Shown here one piece after another: positions 35,094 to 43,887 of a DNA stretch of 64,000 nucleotides. The DNA is from an uncultured Lachnospiraceae bacterium (GTDB lineage: Bacteria > Bacillota > Clostridia > Lachnospirales > Lachnospiraceae), in assembly GCA_964367905.1 (NCBI GenBank), contig CAYIZP010000008.1:11596-75595 (forward strand), read 5' to 3'. Within the stretch, counting starts at the first letter, position 1; the number at the start of each line of letters is the position of its first letter. The notes below the pieces were generated by a model. It did no database searches. It was not told the origin of the DNA and was given only the letters and a program-made list of their open reading frames with translations. The position numbers and the translations under genes were made by a program.

Positions 35094-36836
35094 TTAGTTA
35101 ATTGTACGTTTTACATATGATGTATGCAATAAGTGATGTGCCTTGTGGCCTCCTGGTTCACCTAAGTAGGTATCATATAATTCGATGATTGCTGGGTTTT
35201 CATGTGACTTACGGATTGTGTTAGCTGAATCCAAGTCATATAAAACTTTCGCACGAAGTCCACGAATATCTACTGTGTTGCGGATGTGTCCAGGTTGTTG
35301 AGGCATTCCTCCACCGTTTACGCAACCACCAGGGCATCCCATGATTTCGATAAAGTGGTAGTCTGCTTCTCCGGCTTGAACTTTCTCAAGTAATTGTTTT
35401 GCGTTAGCAAGTCCTGATGCTACAGCAACTTTTACATCTAATCCAGCAACAGGATATGTTGCTTCTTTGATTCCTTCGATTCCACGAACATCTGTGAAGT
35501 CTAATTTCGCAAGTTCTTCACCTGTAAGTTTCTCTACTGCTGTTCTAAGAGCAGCTTCCATAACTCCACCAGTAGCTCCGAAGATTACAGCAGCTCCTGT
35601 TCCAAGTCCTAATGGAAGATCAAAGTCTTCTTCTGGAAGAGAGTGATAGTTAAGACCAACTTTTTTGATCAGTCTACCAAGTTCTCTTGTTGTCAAAGAG
35701 TAGTCAACATCTGGCATTCCATTTGCATCTTGATCTGGTCTTTGAATCTCGAATTTCTTAGCTGTACAAGGCATGATTGATACAGAAACGATGTTCTTTG
35801 GATCAATTCCTTCTTTTTCAGCATAGTAAGATTTCGCGATTGCACCAAACATTTGTTGTGGTGACTTACATGATGATAAATTATCAATCATTTCTGGGAA
35901 GTAGTGCTCGCAATACTTAATCCATCCTGGTGAACATGATGTAATTAGAGGTAATTTTCCACCGTTTTGTACACGGCTTAGGAATTCGTTTGCTTCTTCC
36001 ATGATTGTAAGGTCAGCCGAGAAGTTTGTATCAAACACTTTGTCGAATCCGATACGACGTAGTGCAGCTGCCATTTTTCCTTGAGCGTTTGTTCCAACTG
36101 GATATCCAAACTCTTCAGCAAGTCCAGCACGAACTGCAGGAGCAGTTTGTACGATTACGTGCTTCTCAGGATCAGCGATTGCTTCTAGTACTTGGTCGAT
36201 ATGTGATTTCTCGTATAGAGCTCCTGTAGGACATACTGCGATACATTGTCCACAAGACACACAACTTGTTTCTCCAAGTCCCATCTCGAAAGCAGAACCG
36301 ATTGATGTTTCGAAACCACGGTTATTCGCTCCGATAACTCCAACGCTTTGTGTTTGCTCACATACAGCTACACAACGACGGCAAAGAATACATTTGCTGT
36401 TGTCGCGCTCCATATGGATTGCGCTGTCATCGATGCATGAAGGTGTAACATCTCCTTCATAGTATGTTTCATCATCTACACCTAGGTCAGATGATAGTGT
36501 TTGTAATTCACAATTACCACTTCTTACGCAAGAAAGACATTTGCGGTCGTGGTTTGATAAGATTAGTTGCATTGTTTTCTTACGTGAATCCAATACGTTT
36601 GGAGAGTTTGTTGTAATCTCCATTCCTTCGCTGATTGGATGTACACAAGAAGCTACAAGGCTTCTAGCGCCTTTTACTTCTACAACACAGATACGGCATG
36701 CGCCGATTTCATTGATTTTCTTCAAATAGCAAAGAGTAGGAATCTCAACATGAGCTAATCTTGCGGCTTCAAGGATGGTAGTCCCAGCCGGAGCACTAAC
36801 TTCTTTGCCGTTAATTTTTACAGTAATATTCTCCAT
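35094..36836 (-). CDS. hydA: [FeFe]-hydrogenase catalytic subunit, multimeric (HydABC, bifurcating-type) class
   Basis: 580 aa with an N-terminal 2Fe-2S domain plus His-ligated and 2x[4Fe-4S] domains. H-cluster motifs are P1 TSCSPGW (variant), P2 MPCTAKKFE and P3 EIMGCPGGCVNGGG. Confidence 0.9.
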   Translation of the reverse strand: MENITVKINGKEVSAPAGTTILEAARLAHVEIPTLCYLKKINEIGACRICVVEVKGARSLVASCVHPISEGMEITTNSPNVLDSRKKTMQLILSNHDRKCLSCVRSGNCELQTLSSDLGVDDETYYEGDVTPSCIDDSAIHMERDNSKCILCRRCVAVCEQTQSVGVIGANNRGFETSIGSAFEMGLGETSCVSCGQCIAVCPTGALYEKSHIDQVLEAIADPEKHVIVQTAPAVRAGLAEEFGYPVGTNAQGKMAAALRRIGFDKVFDTNFSADLTIMEEANEFLSRVQNGGKLPLITSCSPGWIKYCEHYFPEMIDNLSSCKSPQQMFGAIAKSYYAEKEGIDPKNIVSVSIMPCTAKKFEIQRPDQDANGMPDVDYSLTTRELGRLIKKVGLNYHSLPEEDFDLPLGLGTGAAVIFGATGGVMEAALRTAVEKLTGEELAKLDFTDVRGIEGIKEATYPVAGLDVKVAVASGLANAKQLLEKVQAGEADYHFIEIMGCPGGCVNGGGMPQQPGHIRNTVDIRGLRAKVLYDLDSANTIRKSHENPAIIELYDTYLGEPGGHKAHHLLHTSYVKRTIN

Positions 36837-36851
36837 CTCAATTCTCCTTCG

Positions 36852-38639
36852 TTACTCTTTGACGATTGCTTTGAATCTACATTTTTCCATACAAGCGCCA
36901 CACTTGATACACTTGTCTTGGATGATGCTATGAGGTTTCTTAACATCTCCCTCAATTGCGTTGTTTGGACAAACTTTCGAACACATTGTACAACCGATAC
37001 AGTTGTCTTCAATGATTGTGTAAGAAAGAAGGTCTTTACATACTCCAGCTGGACAACGTTTTTCGTTTACGTGTGCTTCATACTCGTCACGGAAGTAACG
37101 AAGTGTAGAAAGTACAGGGTTTGGAGCTGTTTGTCCAAGTCCGCAAAGTGAGTTTTGCTTAATGTAGTGTGAAAGTTCTTCTAATTTATCTAGATCCGCA
37201 AGAGTAGCGTTTCCTTGTGTGATTCTGTCTAGAATCTCTAACATACGTTTTGTACCAACACGACATGGTGTACATTTTCCACATGATTCTTCTACAGTAA
37301 ACTCAAGGAAGAATTTCGCGATGTCAACCATACAGTCAGTCTCATCCATAACGATAAGTCCACCAGATCCCATCATTGAACCGATAGAGATTAGGTTATC
37401 ATAATCGATTGGAATGTCGAAATGCTCTAATGGAATACATCCACCAGAAGGTCCACCTGTTTGAGCGGCCTTGAATTTCTTGCCACCTGGAATTCCACCA
37501 CCGATTTCATCGATAACGGTTCTAAGTGTTGTTCCCATTGGGATCTCAACCAAACCAGTGTTGTTGATTTTTCCACCAAGAGCGAAAACTTTTGTTCCTT
37601 TTGATTTTTCTGTTCCCATTCCTGCGAACCAATCAGCTCCATTTAGGATGATTTGAGGAATGTTTGCATATGTCTCAACGTTGTTAAGGATTGTTGGCTT
37701 GCCAAATAAACCTTTTTGAGCAGGGAATGGTGGACGAGGTCTTGGCTCTCCACGGTTTCCTTCGATTGATGTCATAAGAGCAGTCTCTTCACCACAAACG
37801 AAAGCACCTGCACCTAAACGTAAGTCGATATCGAAATCGAACCCTGTTCCGAAGATGTCTTTTCCAAGTAATCCCATCTCTCTTGATTGCTCAAGTGCGA
37901 TTACCAAACGATCAACAGCGATTGGATACTCAGCACGTACATAGATAAAACCTTGGCTAGCTCCGATTGCATAACCAGCAATTGTCATAGCCTCTAGTAA
38001 TGAGTGAGGATCTCCCTCGAGGATTGAACGGTCCATAAATGCACCTGGATCTCCCTCATCCGCATTACAACATACGTATTTTTGATCCGCGTCGTTTTGT
38101 TTTGCTAGTCTCCACTTGATACCAGTTGGGAAACCACCGCCTCCACGGCCACGAAGTCCTGAAGCGATCAATGTCTCGATTACGTCTTCTGGAGTCATAG
38201 TTGTAAGAACTTGACCTAATGCTTGGTATCCGTTTGTTCCGATATACTCTTCGATGATTTCTGGGTTGATTACACCACAGTTACGTAGAGCAACACGGTA
38301 TTGCTTCTTGTAGAAGTCTGTGTCGATTAACGCTTTGATTCCTGCGTCTGTTACAGTCTCTTGATATAATAGACGAGTAACTAGACGTCCTTTTAATAAA
38401 TGTTCTTCAACGATTTCAGGAATATCTTCTTCCTTAACCATTGCATAGAAACTTGCTTCTGGGTAAACAATCATAATTGGTCCTAAAGCACATAGACCAT
38501 GACATCCTGTTTGTACAACAGAAACTTCATCTTTTAACCCTACTCTATCTACTTCTTTTTGTAGAGTTTCCATAATTTTAACGCTTCCGGAGGAATTACA
38601 ACCAGTTCCACCGCAAACTAATACATGTGAACGATACAT
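36852..38639 (-). CDS. hydB: Hydrogenase flavoprotein subunit, NuoF-like (NADH/FMN-binding) with Fe-S domains
   Basis: 595 aa; GRGGGGFPTGIKW FMN/NADH motif, SCGKCTPCR N3-type cluster, and C-terminal 2x CxxCxxCxxxCP ferredoxin motifs. Confidence 0.9.
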   Translation of the reverse strand: MYRSHVLVCGGTGCNSSGSVKIMETLQKEVDRVGLKDEVSVVQTGCHGLCALGPIMIVYPEASFYAMVKEEDIPEIVEEHLLKGRLVTRLLYQETVTDAGIKALIDTDFYKKQYRVALRNCGVINPEIIEEYIGTNGYQALGQVLTTMTPEDVIETLIASGLRGRGGGGFPTGIKWRLAKQNDADQKYVCCNADEGDPGAFMDRSILEGDPHSLLEAMTIAGYAIGASQGFIYVRAEYPIAVDRLVIALEQSREMGLLGKDIFGTGFDFDIDLRLGAGAFVCGEETALMTSIEGNRGEPRPRPPFPAQKGLFGKPTILNNVETYANIPQIILNGADWFAGMGTEKSKGTKVFALGGKINNTGLVEIPMGTTLRTVIDEIGGGIPGGKKFKAAQTGGPSGGCIPLEHFDIPIDYDNLISIGSMMGSGGLIVMDETDCMVDIAKFFLEFTVEESCGKCTPCRVGTKRMLEILDRITQGNATLADLDKLEELSHYIKQNSLCGLGQTAPNPVLSTLRYFRDEYEAHVNEKRCPAGVCKDLLSYTIIEDNCIGCTMCSKVCPNNAIEGDVKKPHSIIQDKCIKCGACMEKCRFKAIVKE

Positions 38640-38649
38640 ATCTGCCTCC

Positions 38650-39027
38650 TTATTTTAGATCTACGGAATTTAAAGTATAGCCCTCAACTATGTTACCGCC
38701 AATTAGGTGACGATTAACAACTTCGGCAGCTTTATCCGGTGTCATTTTTACATAAGTAACTTTTTCTTTTCCTGGTTCCATTACTTCAACAATCGGCTCG
38801 TATTGACATAGGCCGATACATCCTGTTTGAGTAACTGAAACTTTTTGAACTAATCCTTGCTCTTGTACTAATTCTGCTAAAGCATTTAGTACAGGTCTAG
38901 CTCCACAAGCGATTCCACAAGTAGCCATACCAACAACTACACGTGTTTGCTCATGATTTTCGCTACGAAGACCAACTTGGCCTTGCATTTTCTCGCGAAT
39001 TGCCTTTAATTCTTCAAGACTTTTCAT
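38650..39027 (-). CDS. Thioredoxin-like [2Fe-2S] ferredoxin-domain protein
   Basis: 125 aa; Cys pattern GMATCGIACG ... TGCIGLC. Confidence 0.75.
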   Translation of the reverse strand: MKSLEELKAIREKMQGQVGLRSENHEQTRVVVGMATCGIACGARPVLNALAELVQEQGLVQKVSVTQTGCIGLCQYEPIVEVMEPGKEKVTYVKMTPDKAAEVVNRHLIGGNIVEGYTLNSVDLK

Positions 39028-39053
39028 CGTTATCCTCCAATCTTAGGTGCGCA

Positions 39054-39611
39054 CTAATACAGGGCACCATTATCTACTTCAAGTTTATTTTCGATTAAGT
39101 AACTTTTAATATAATTAGATACATCTGGTGTGTCGAAAGGCACATCTCCAAGAATTTCACGAAACTCTCTGGTATCTAAAGTGAATGAATTCTGATTGTA
39201 TTCATATTGATATATGAAATCAGTATCCGGGTGATAGACGATCAGATTATGTATACTAGAACTGATGTCGCCCATCGGCATTCTATCGATATGAGATAGA
39301 ACAAAATTAGTCTTCACTGTCGTTCCAACACCGAGTTCTGATTCAATAGAAAGAGAACCACCGGTTGCTTCAGCAGCAAACTTGAAAAATGGAATTCCAA
39401 GTCCAACTCGCCTCGTTGTTCTGCTAGTGAAGAATGGATCGCTGATCTGTTTTAGCTGATCCTCTGACATTCCACAACCATTATCTGCAATTGTGATGGT
39501 CAGTAAATCTGTTTCTGTATTTACAAAGACACTAATCTCTACTAAAGTCGCATTGGCTCTAGTAGAATTTTCCGCTACATCCAATACATTTAATGAAAGT
39601 TCGGTCAACAT
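39054..39611 (-). CDS. Stand-alone histidine-kinase-like ATPase (HATPase_c) protein embedded in the hydrogenase operon
   Basis: 185 aa; N-box LNVLDVAENS, G1 DNGCGM and G2 GLGIP...GG motifs. There is no HisKA/DHp or sensor domain. Confidence 0.75.
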   Translation of the reverse strand: MLTELSLNVLDVAENSTRANATLVEISVFVNTETDLLTITIADNGCGMSEDQLKQISDPFFTSRTTRRVGLGIPFFKFAAEATGGSLSIESELGVGTTVKTNFVLSHIDRMPMGDISSSIHNLIVYHPDTDFIYQYEYNQNSFTLDTREFREILGDVPFDTPDVSNYIKSYLIENKLEVDNGALY

Positions 39612-39615
39612 ACAG

Positions 39616-40116
39616 TTACTTGTATTTTGCTAGGATGTCAGGAATCTCATCAGGTAATAGACGTCCATAAACATCTTCATTAATTAACATAACTGGTGCA
39701 AGACCACAAGCGCCTACACATCGACATGAATCCAATGAGAATTTACCATCAGCTGTACACTCGCCATTAGCGATACCTAGTTCCTTCTCTAATTTTGTTA
39801 CTAGGTCACCTGCTCCTTTTACGTAACAAGCGGTACCAAGACAGACTGAAATCTGGAACTCTCCCTTTGGTTGTAGTGCGAATTGTGAATAGAATGTAGC
39901 AACACCATATATTTTTTCTAGCGGAATATTAGTTTCGTCTGAAATCATAGTTTGCACTTCGATTGGTAAATAACCATAAATCTCTTGTGCGCGTTGCATA
40001 ATAGGCATCAATGAGCCTTGTACATCTTTCAACTCTGCAATTGCTGTTTTTAATAGTGATTCTTGTTCCGGAGTTCCTGAAAAAGGAACTTTTTCCGTTG
40101 TACAATTACAAGCCAT
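39616..40116 (-). CDS. hydC: Hydrogenase [2Fe-2S] subunit, NuoE-like
   Basis: 166 aa; CLGTACYVKG ... CRCVGACGLAP NuoE-type cluster motif. First gene of the operon. Confidence 0.9.
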   Translation of the reverse strand: MACNCTTEKVPFSGTPEQESLLKTAIAELKDVQGSLMPIMQRAQEIYGYLPIEVQTMISDETNIPLEKIYGVATFYSQFALQPKGEFQISVCLGTACYVKGAGDLVTKLEKELGIANGECTADGKFSLDSCRCVGACGLAPVMLINEDVYGRLLPDEIPDILAKYK

Positions 40117-40160
40117 TTTTGTTTCCTCCTTAATTTTGTTATTTTATTGTCATACGCTTG

Positions 40161-40169
40161 ATTGTAGCA
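40161..40169 (-). promoter_or_regulatory. Candidate extended -10 (TGCTACAAT) for the hyd operon
   Basis: The minus strand reads tatgcTACAAT about 45 nt upstream of the hydC ATG. I could not place a convincing -35 element. Confidence 0.35.
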
Positions 40170-40232
40170 TATATTCACAAAAAAATCTACAAGAAAATAC
40201 TTTTTGTATACAATTTTATACAATCGTATTAC

Positions 40233-40264
40233 ATAAAAATTGGAGCAAAGAAATTCTGCCCCAA
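40233..40264 (-). terminator. Intrinsic terminator after the DHH gene
   Basis: The minus strand reads TTGGGGCA gaatttctt TGCTCCAA followed by TTTTTAT. Confidence 0.65.
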
Positions 40265-40284
40265 TTTGATGTCATGTTAGTTTG

Positions 40285-41196
40285 TTATCCGTTGATTAAA
40301 TCATGTAATAACTGTGGAATTTTCTCGTTCATTGTTTCGTTGTTAAACTGGCAAGTACCAACTGCTTTGTGACCGCCACCACCGTATTTTAGTAGTAGAC
40401 TTCCTACATCGATGGTTGCAGTACGATTCAAAACCGAGTATCCAACTGCACAGCTGCAGCCTTCACCACCACGTCCACTTACAATCCATGCGGAAATGTT
40501 TTGTTCAGGGTACATGCTATATATTAGGAAGCGATTTCCAGTGTAAATAGGATCTACACCACGCAAGTCGCTGATGATGACGTCGCCTTCTACACGTGTA
40601 TACTTGCGAACCATCTCGATAAACTTCTCGTTTTGCTCCCAATAGACTGTAACACGTTCTTTTACATCGGATAGTTCCATAATCTCTTCGATTGACATTG
40701 TGATACAACAGTCAATTAGTTTCTCCATCAAGGCATAGTTCGGAACTGTGAATTCACGCCAGCGACCTAAACCAGTTCTTGGATCCATTAAGAAACCAAG
40801 AAGTACCCATCCTGATGGATTTTGAATTTCGTCGATGGTTAATTGTGCGGCATCCACCTTGTCAACCGCGTCCATCATAGGTTCTAGGTTCGGGAATTTC
40901 TCGGCACCGCCATAGTATTCATAGATGATGCGAGCACAAGATGGAGCAAGACGGCTTTCACCTTCGTATTTTCCCTCCAATTCATTTCTTTCATGTTCGC
41001 TTGAATGGTGGTCGAACCAAAGTCCACAACCTGGTACATAAGGAACGTTTGCTAAACAATCGTCTGGGCCGATTTCAATCAACCCATCTTGTAGGTCCTT
41101 TGGATGTACAAACTTCCAATGGTCGATGATTCCTGCTTCTTTGAGCAATGCACCGCAAGCAAGTCCATCAAAGTCTGAGCGTGTAATTAATCGCAT
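40285..41196 (-). CDS. DHH-family phosphoesterase (exopolyphosphatase-related)
   Basis: 303 aa; N-terminal RSDFDGLACGALL and WFDHHSSE (DHH motif). Confidence 0.7.
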   Translation of the reverse strand: MRLITRSDFDGLACGALLKEAGIIDHWKFVHPKDLQDGLIEIGPDDCLANVPYVPGCGLWFDHHSSEHERNELEGKYEGESRLAPSCARIIYEYYGGAEKFPNLEPMMDAVDKVDAAQLTIDEIQNPSGWVLLGFLMDPRTGLGRWREFTVPNYALMEKLIDCCITMSIEEIMELSDVKERVTVYWEQNEKFIEMVRKYTRVEGDVIISDLRGVDPIYTGNRFLIYSMYPEQNISAWIVSGRGGEGCSCAVGYSVLNRTATIDVGSLLLKYGGGGHKAVGTCQFNNETMNEKIPQLLHDLING

Positions 41197-41362
41197 AATG
41201 TAAATCCTCCTTTTAAATCAATCAAAAATATCCGTATAGTCACATTGTATCAAAACATTTCTACAATAACAAGCAAAGAAATGAATGTATGTTGATAAAT
41301 TTCAAATTCAATGATATTCTATACATAATGACAAAAAAATGCGATGAGGAAAGGTGAAGTTT

Positions 41363-41716
41363 ATGAAAGTAAAAGAAATCCAAGAGATATTGAATGCAGA
41401 GATTTTAGTGGGTGAAGACCAGCTAGATCAAGTGATTTTAAGTGCCTGTAGTTCTGATATGATGAGTGATGTTTTGGCTTTTTCAAAGAACCACTCGGCT
41501 CTATTGACTGGGCTGTGTAATCCACAGGTAATCCGTACCATTGAGATGATGGATATGGAATGTGTGATATTTGTTAGAGGGAAGACACCAAACGAAATGG
41601 TACTCGACATGGCGAAGGAGCGCGGGATTGTAGCGATGGTTACAGAACATCCAATGTTCACGGCAAGTGGACTTCTCTATTCGAAAGGAATTAGCGGAGG
41701 TCTGAAAAATGAATGA
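41363..41716 (+). CDS. DRTGG-domain protein
   Basis: The ORF opens at GTG 41354; ATG 41363 follows gaggaaagg. The LLTGLCNPQVIRT... pattern is typical of DRTGG modules found beside sensory hydrogenase genes. Confidence 0.6.
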   Translation: MKVKEIQEILNAEILVGEDQLDQVILSACSSDMMSDVLAFSKNHSALLTGLCNPQVIRTIEMMDMECVIFVRGKTPNEMVLDMAKERGIVAMVTEHPMFTASGLLYSKGISGGLKNE

Positions 41717-42134
41717 TGAAATCGTGCTAAATTATACAGTACTTACAGAGGATTTTACTCGTGCAGGAGAAGCCAGTAGTGATGTGAAGAGTAAACTGAA
41801 GAAATTGGGTGTGGATCCAGAGTCCGTACGCAAGGTTGCAATTGCGATGTATGAGGGTGAAATCAATATGGTGATACATGCTAATGGCGGAGAGATTGAA
41901 GTACTAGTTACTCCAGAGCGTGTGAAGATGTGTTTGAAAGATGTAGGGCCTGGGATTCCTGATGTGGAGCAGGCGATGCAGGCAGGATTCTCTACGGCTC
42001 CAGACGAGATTAGAAGTTTGGGATTTGGGGCAGGAATGGGGCTTCCGAATATGAAGAGATATACGGATGAAATGCAAGTGGAGACAGAATTGGGGGTTGG
42101 AACCACAATTACGATGGTTGTAAACTTAGTATAG
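41709..42134 (+). CDS. Anti-sigma-factor-type Ser/Thr protein kinase (HATPase_c only, RsbW/SpoIIAB-like)
   Basis: 141 aa; YEGEINMVIHA (N-box-like), DVGPGIPD (G1) and GFGAGMGLPN (G2). Confidence 0.7.
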   Translation: MNDEIVLNYTVLTEDFTRAGEASSDVKSKLKKLGVDPESVRKVAIAMYEGEINMVIHANGGEIEVLVTPERVKMCLKDVGPGIPDVEQAMQAGFSTAPDEIRSLGFGAGMGLPNMKRYTDEMQVETELGVGTTITMVVNLV

Positions 42135-42178
42135 TGAGAATTTTTGTTGTAAAAAACTATAAGGAAGGGAAGAAATGA

Positions 42179-43444
42179 ATGGATAAGTTTTATCATTCAG
42201 TTTGCTTGGATGAAAAATTATGTAAGGGTTGCATCAATTGCTTGAAACGGTGTCCGACACAGGCGATTCGTGTGAGAGATCTGAAGGCACAGATTAACCC
42301 GAAGTTTTGCATTGATTGTGGAGAATGCATACGGCTATGTCCGCATCACGCTAAGCAAGCTACATATGATAGTTTAGATGTGATAGATAATTATGAATAC
42401 AAGGTTGCCTTACCAGCACCCGCACTCTATAGTCAGTTTAATCATTTGGACGATATCAATATTGTGTTAAATGGATTGGTAAAAATGGGATTTGACGACG
42501 TGTTCGAAGTAAGTGCAGCAGCAGAATTAGTGTCTCAGGCAACACGACAATTCATAGCAGAGAACGAGGAGGGTTCGCCGTGGATTAGTACGGCATGTCC
42601 AACGATTGTAAGACTGATTCGTGTGAAGTTCCCGAATTTGATTCCCCATCTTTTGCCACTGAATCCACCGATTGAGGTGGCGGCGCAGATTGCAGCGAAA
42701 AATGCTATGGAGAAAACAGGGTTATCACGCGAGAAGATTGCAGTCTGTTTTATCTCGCCATGCCCGTCAAAGGTGACATATGTGAAGGCTCCGCTTGGGA
42801 CTGAGAAGAGCGAAGTAGACCATGTGCTTGCGATAAAGGATGTATACCCATTGTTGGCGCAATCAATGAAGAAGGTAAATGAAGATGCTCCAGAATTGGC
42901 ACATTCTGGTAAGATCGGAGTGAACTGGGGACGGAGTGGTGGAGAGTCTGGAGCCCTGCTTACGGAACAGTATTTGGTAGCCGATGGAATTGAGAATGTC
43001 ATTCGTGTCCTGGAGGATTTGGAGGATGAGAAGTTCTCGAATCTGAGATTTGTGGAACTGAATTCTTGTAACGGAGGCTGTGTAGGAGGCGTACTGACTG
43101 TTGAGAATCCTTATGTCGCAGCGGTAAAATTAAAGCACCTGAGAAAATATCTTCCGATTTCTAGAAGTAGACTAGAAGAAGGCGATGTGGAAAATGAATT
43201 CATTAATTGGACGAGCCAGGTAGAATATGAGCCAGTGTTCCGACTCGGGGATACTTTGATAGAGAGCTTTGCCAAGATGAATCAAGTGGATCGTATCTGT
43301 AAGAAATTGCCGGGACTTGATTGCGGTTCTTGTGGGGCGCCTGATTGCAGGACTATGGCAGAGGATATCGTGCGAGGAGAAGCTACAGAAGACGATTGTG
43401 TACACTTGTTGCGCGAATCCTTGAATAAAATGAAGGGGAAATAA
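42179..43444 (+). CDS. Putative sensory [FeFe]-hydrogenase-like protein (HydS-type) with an extra C-terminal Cys4 motif, no PAS domain
   Basis: 421 aa with N-terminal 2x ferredoxin-type CxxCxxCxxxCP. H-cluster-like motifs are STACPTIV (Ala in place of the proton-relay Cys), SPCPSK and ELNSCNGGCVGG. C-terminal motif is CGSCGAPDC...DDC. Confidence 0.75.
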   Translation: MDKFYHSVCLDEKLCKGCINCLKRCPTQAIRVRDLKAQINPKFCIDCGECIRLCPHHAKQATYDSLDVIDNYEYKVALPAPALYSQFNHLDDINIVLNGLVKMGFDDVFEVSAAAELVSQATRQFIAENEEGSPWISTACPTIVRLIRVKFPNLIPHLLPLNPPIEVAAQIAAKNAMEKTGLSREKIAVCFISPCPSKVTYVKAPLGTEKSEVDHVLAIKDVYPLLAQSMKKVNEDAPELAHSGKIGVNWGRSGGESGALLTEQYLVADGIENVIRVLEDLEDEKFSNLRFVELNSCNGGCVGGVLTVENPYVAAVKLKHLRKYLPISRSRLEEGDVENEFINWTSQVEYEPVFRLGDTLIESFAKMNQVDRICKKLPGLDCGSCGAPDCRTMAEDIVRGEATEDDCVHLLRESLNKMKGK

Positions 43445-43544
43445 TGTGATACCACAAAGTGCGTAGCAATCCGTAGGTATCTAGGGTCAAAATCACTTTT
43501 AACCCCAACATCACAATATAAAATACGAAAGATGAGGGTCTAGC

Positions 43545-43886
43545 ATGACGATTCGAGAATTAGTGGATAAAGATTTATTTGAAGTGGTGTGTGAAGGTAC
43601 GGATTTGGAGCGAGAGATTACAGAGCCGTATTGTTGTGACTTGTTGAGTTTTGCGATGAGCAAGGCACCAGAAGGTGGGGCTTGGGTTACGGTGATGGGT
43701 AATATCAATACACTTGCAGTAGCCACTTTGACAGAAGTTGGCTGTATTATCTTGGCAGAGGGAGCAGTTTTGGATGACATGGCTGCGAAGAAAGCGGTAC
43801 AAGAAGAGATGACGGTTCTGAGGACGGAAGAACCAATCTTTAAGACTGCATTGGAAATCTATAAATTGTTAGAAGCGGAGAAGTAA
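43545..43886 (+). CDS. DRTGG-domain protein (second copy)
   Basis: 113 aa; WVTVMGNINTLAVATL... is similar in pattern to 41363-41716. Confidence 0.55.
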   Translation: MTIRELVDKDLFEVVCEGTDLEREITEPYCCDLLSFAMSKAPEGGAWVTVMGNINTLAVATLTEVGCIILAEGAVLDDMAAKKAVQEEMTVLRTEEPIFKTALEIYKLLEAEK

Positions 43887-43887
43887 G

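Noticed and set aside
40159-40177. A Rex-type redox operator upstream of the hyd operon; the minus strand reads TTGTGAATATATGCTACAA.
   Set aside because: Only one half-site (TTGTGAA) matches the TTGTGAA-N4-TTCACAA consensus I recall. The other half is poor, and the arm spacing is off by 1 nt. The TTGTA..TACAA-type inverted repeat in the divergent promoter (41245-41270) has yet another spacing. This is not enough to call.
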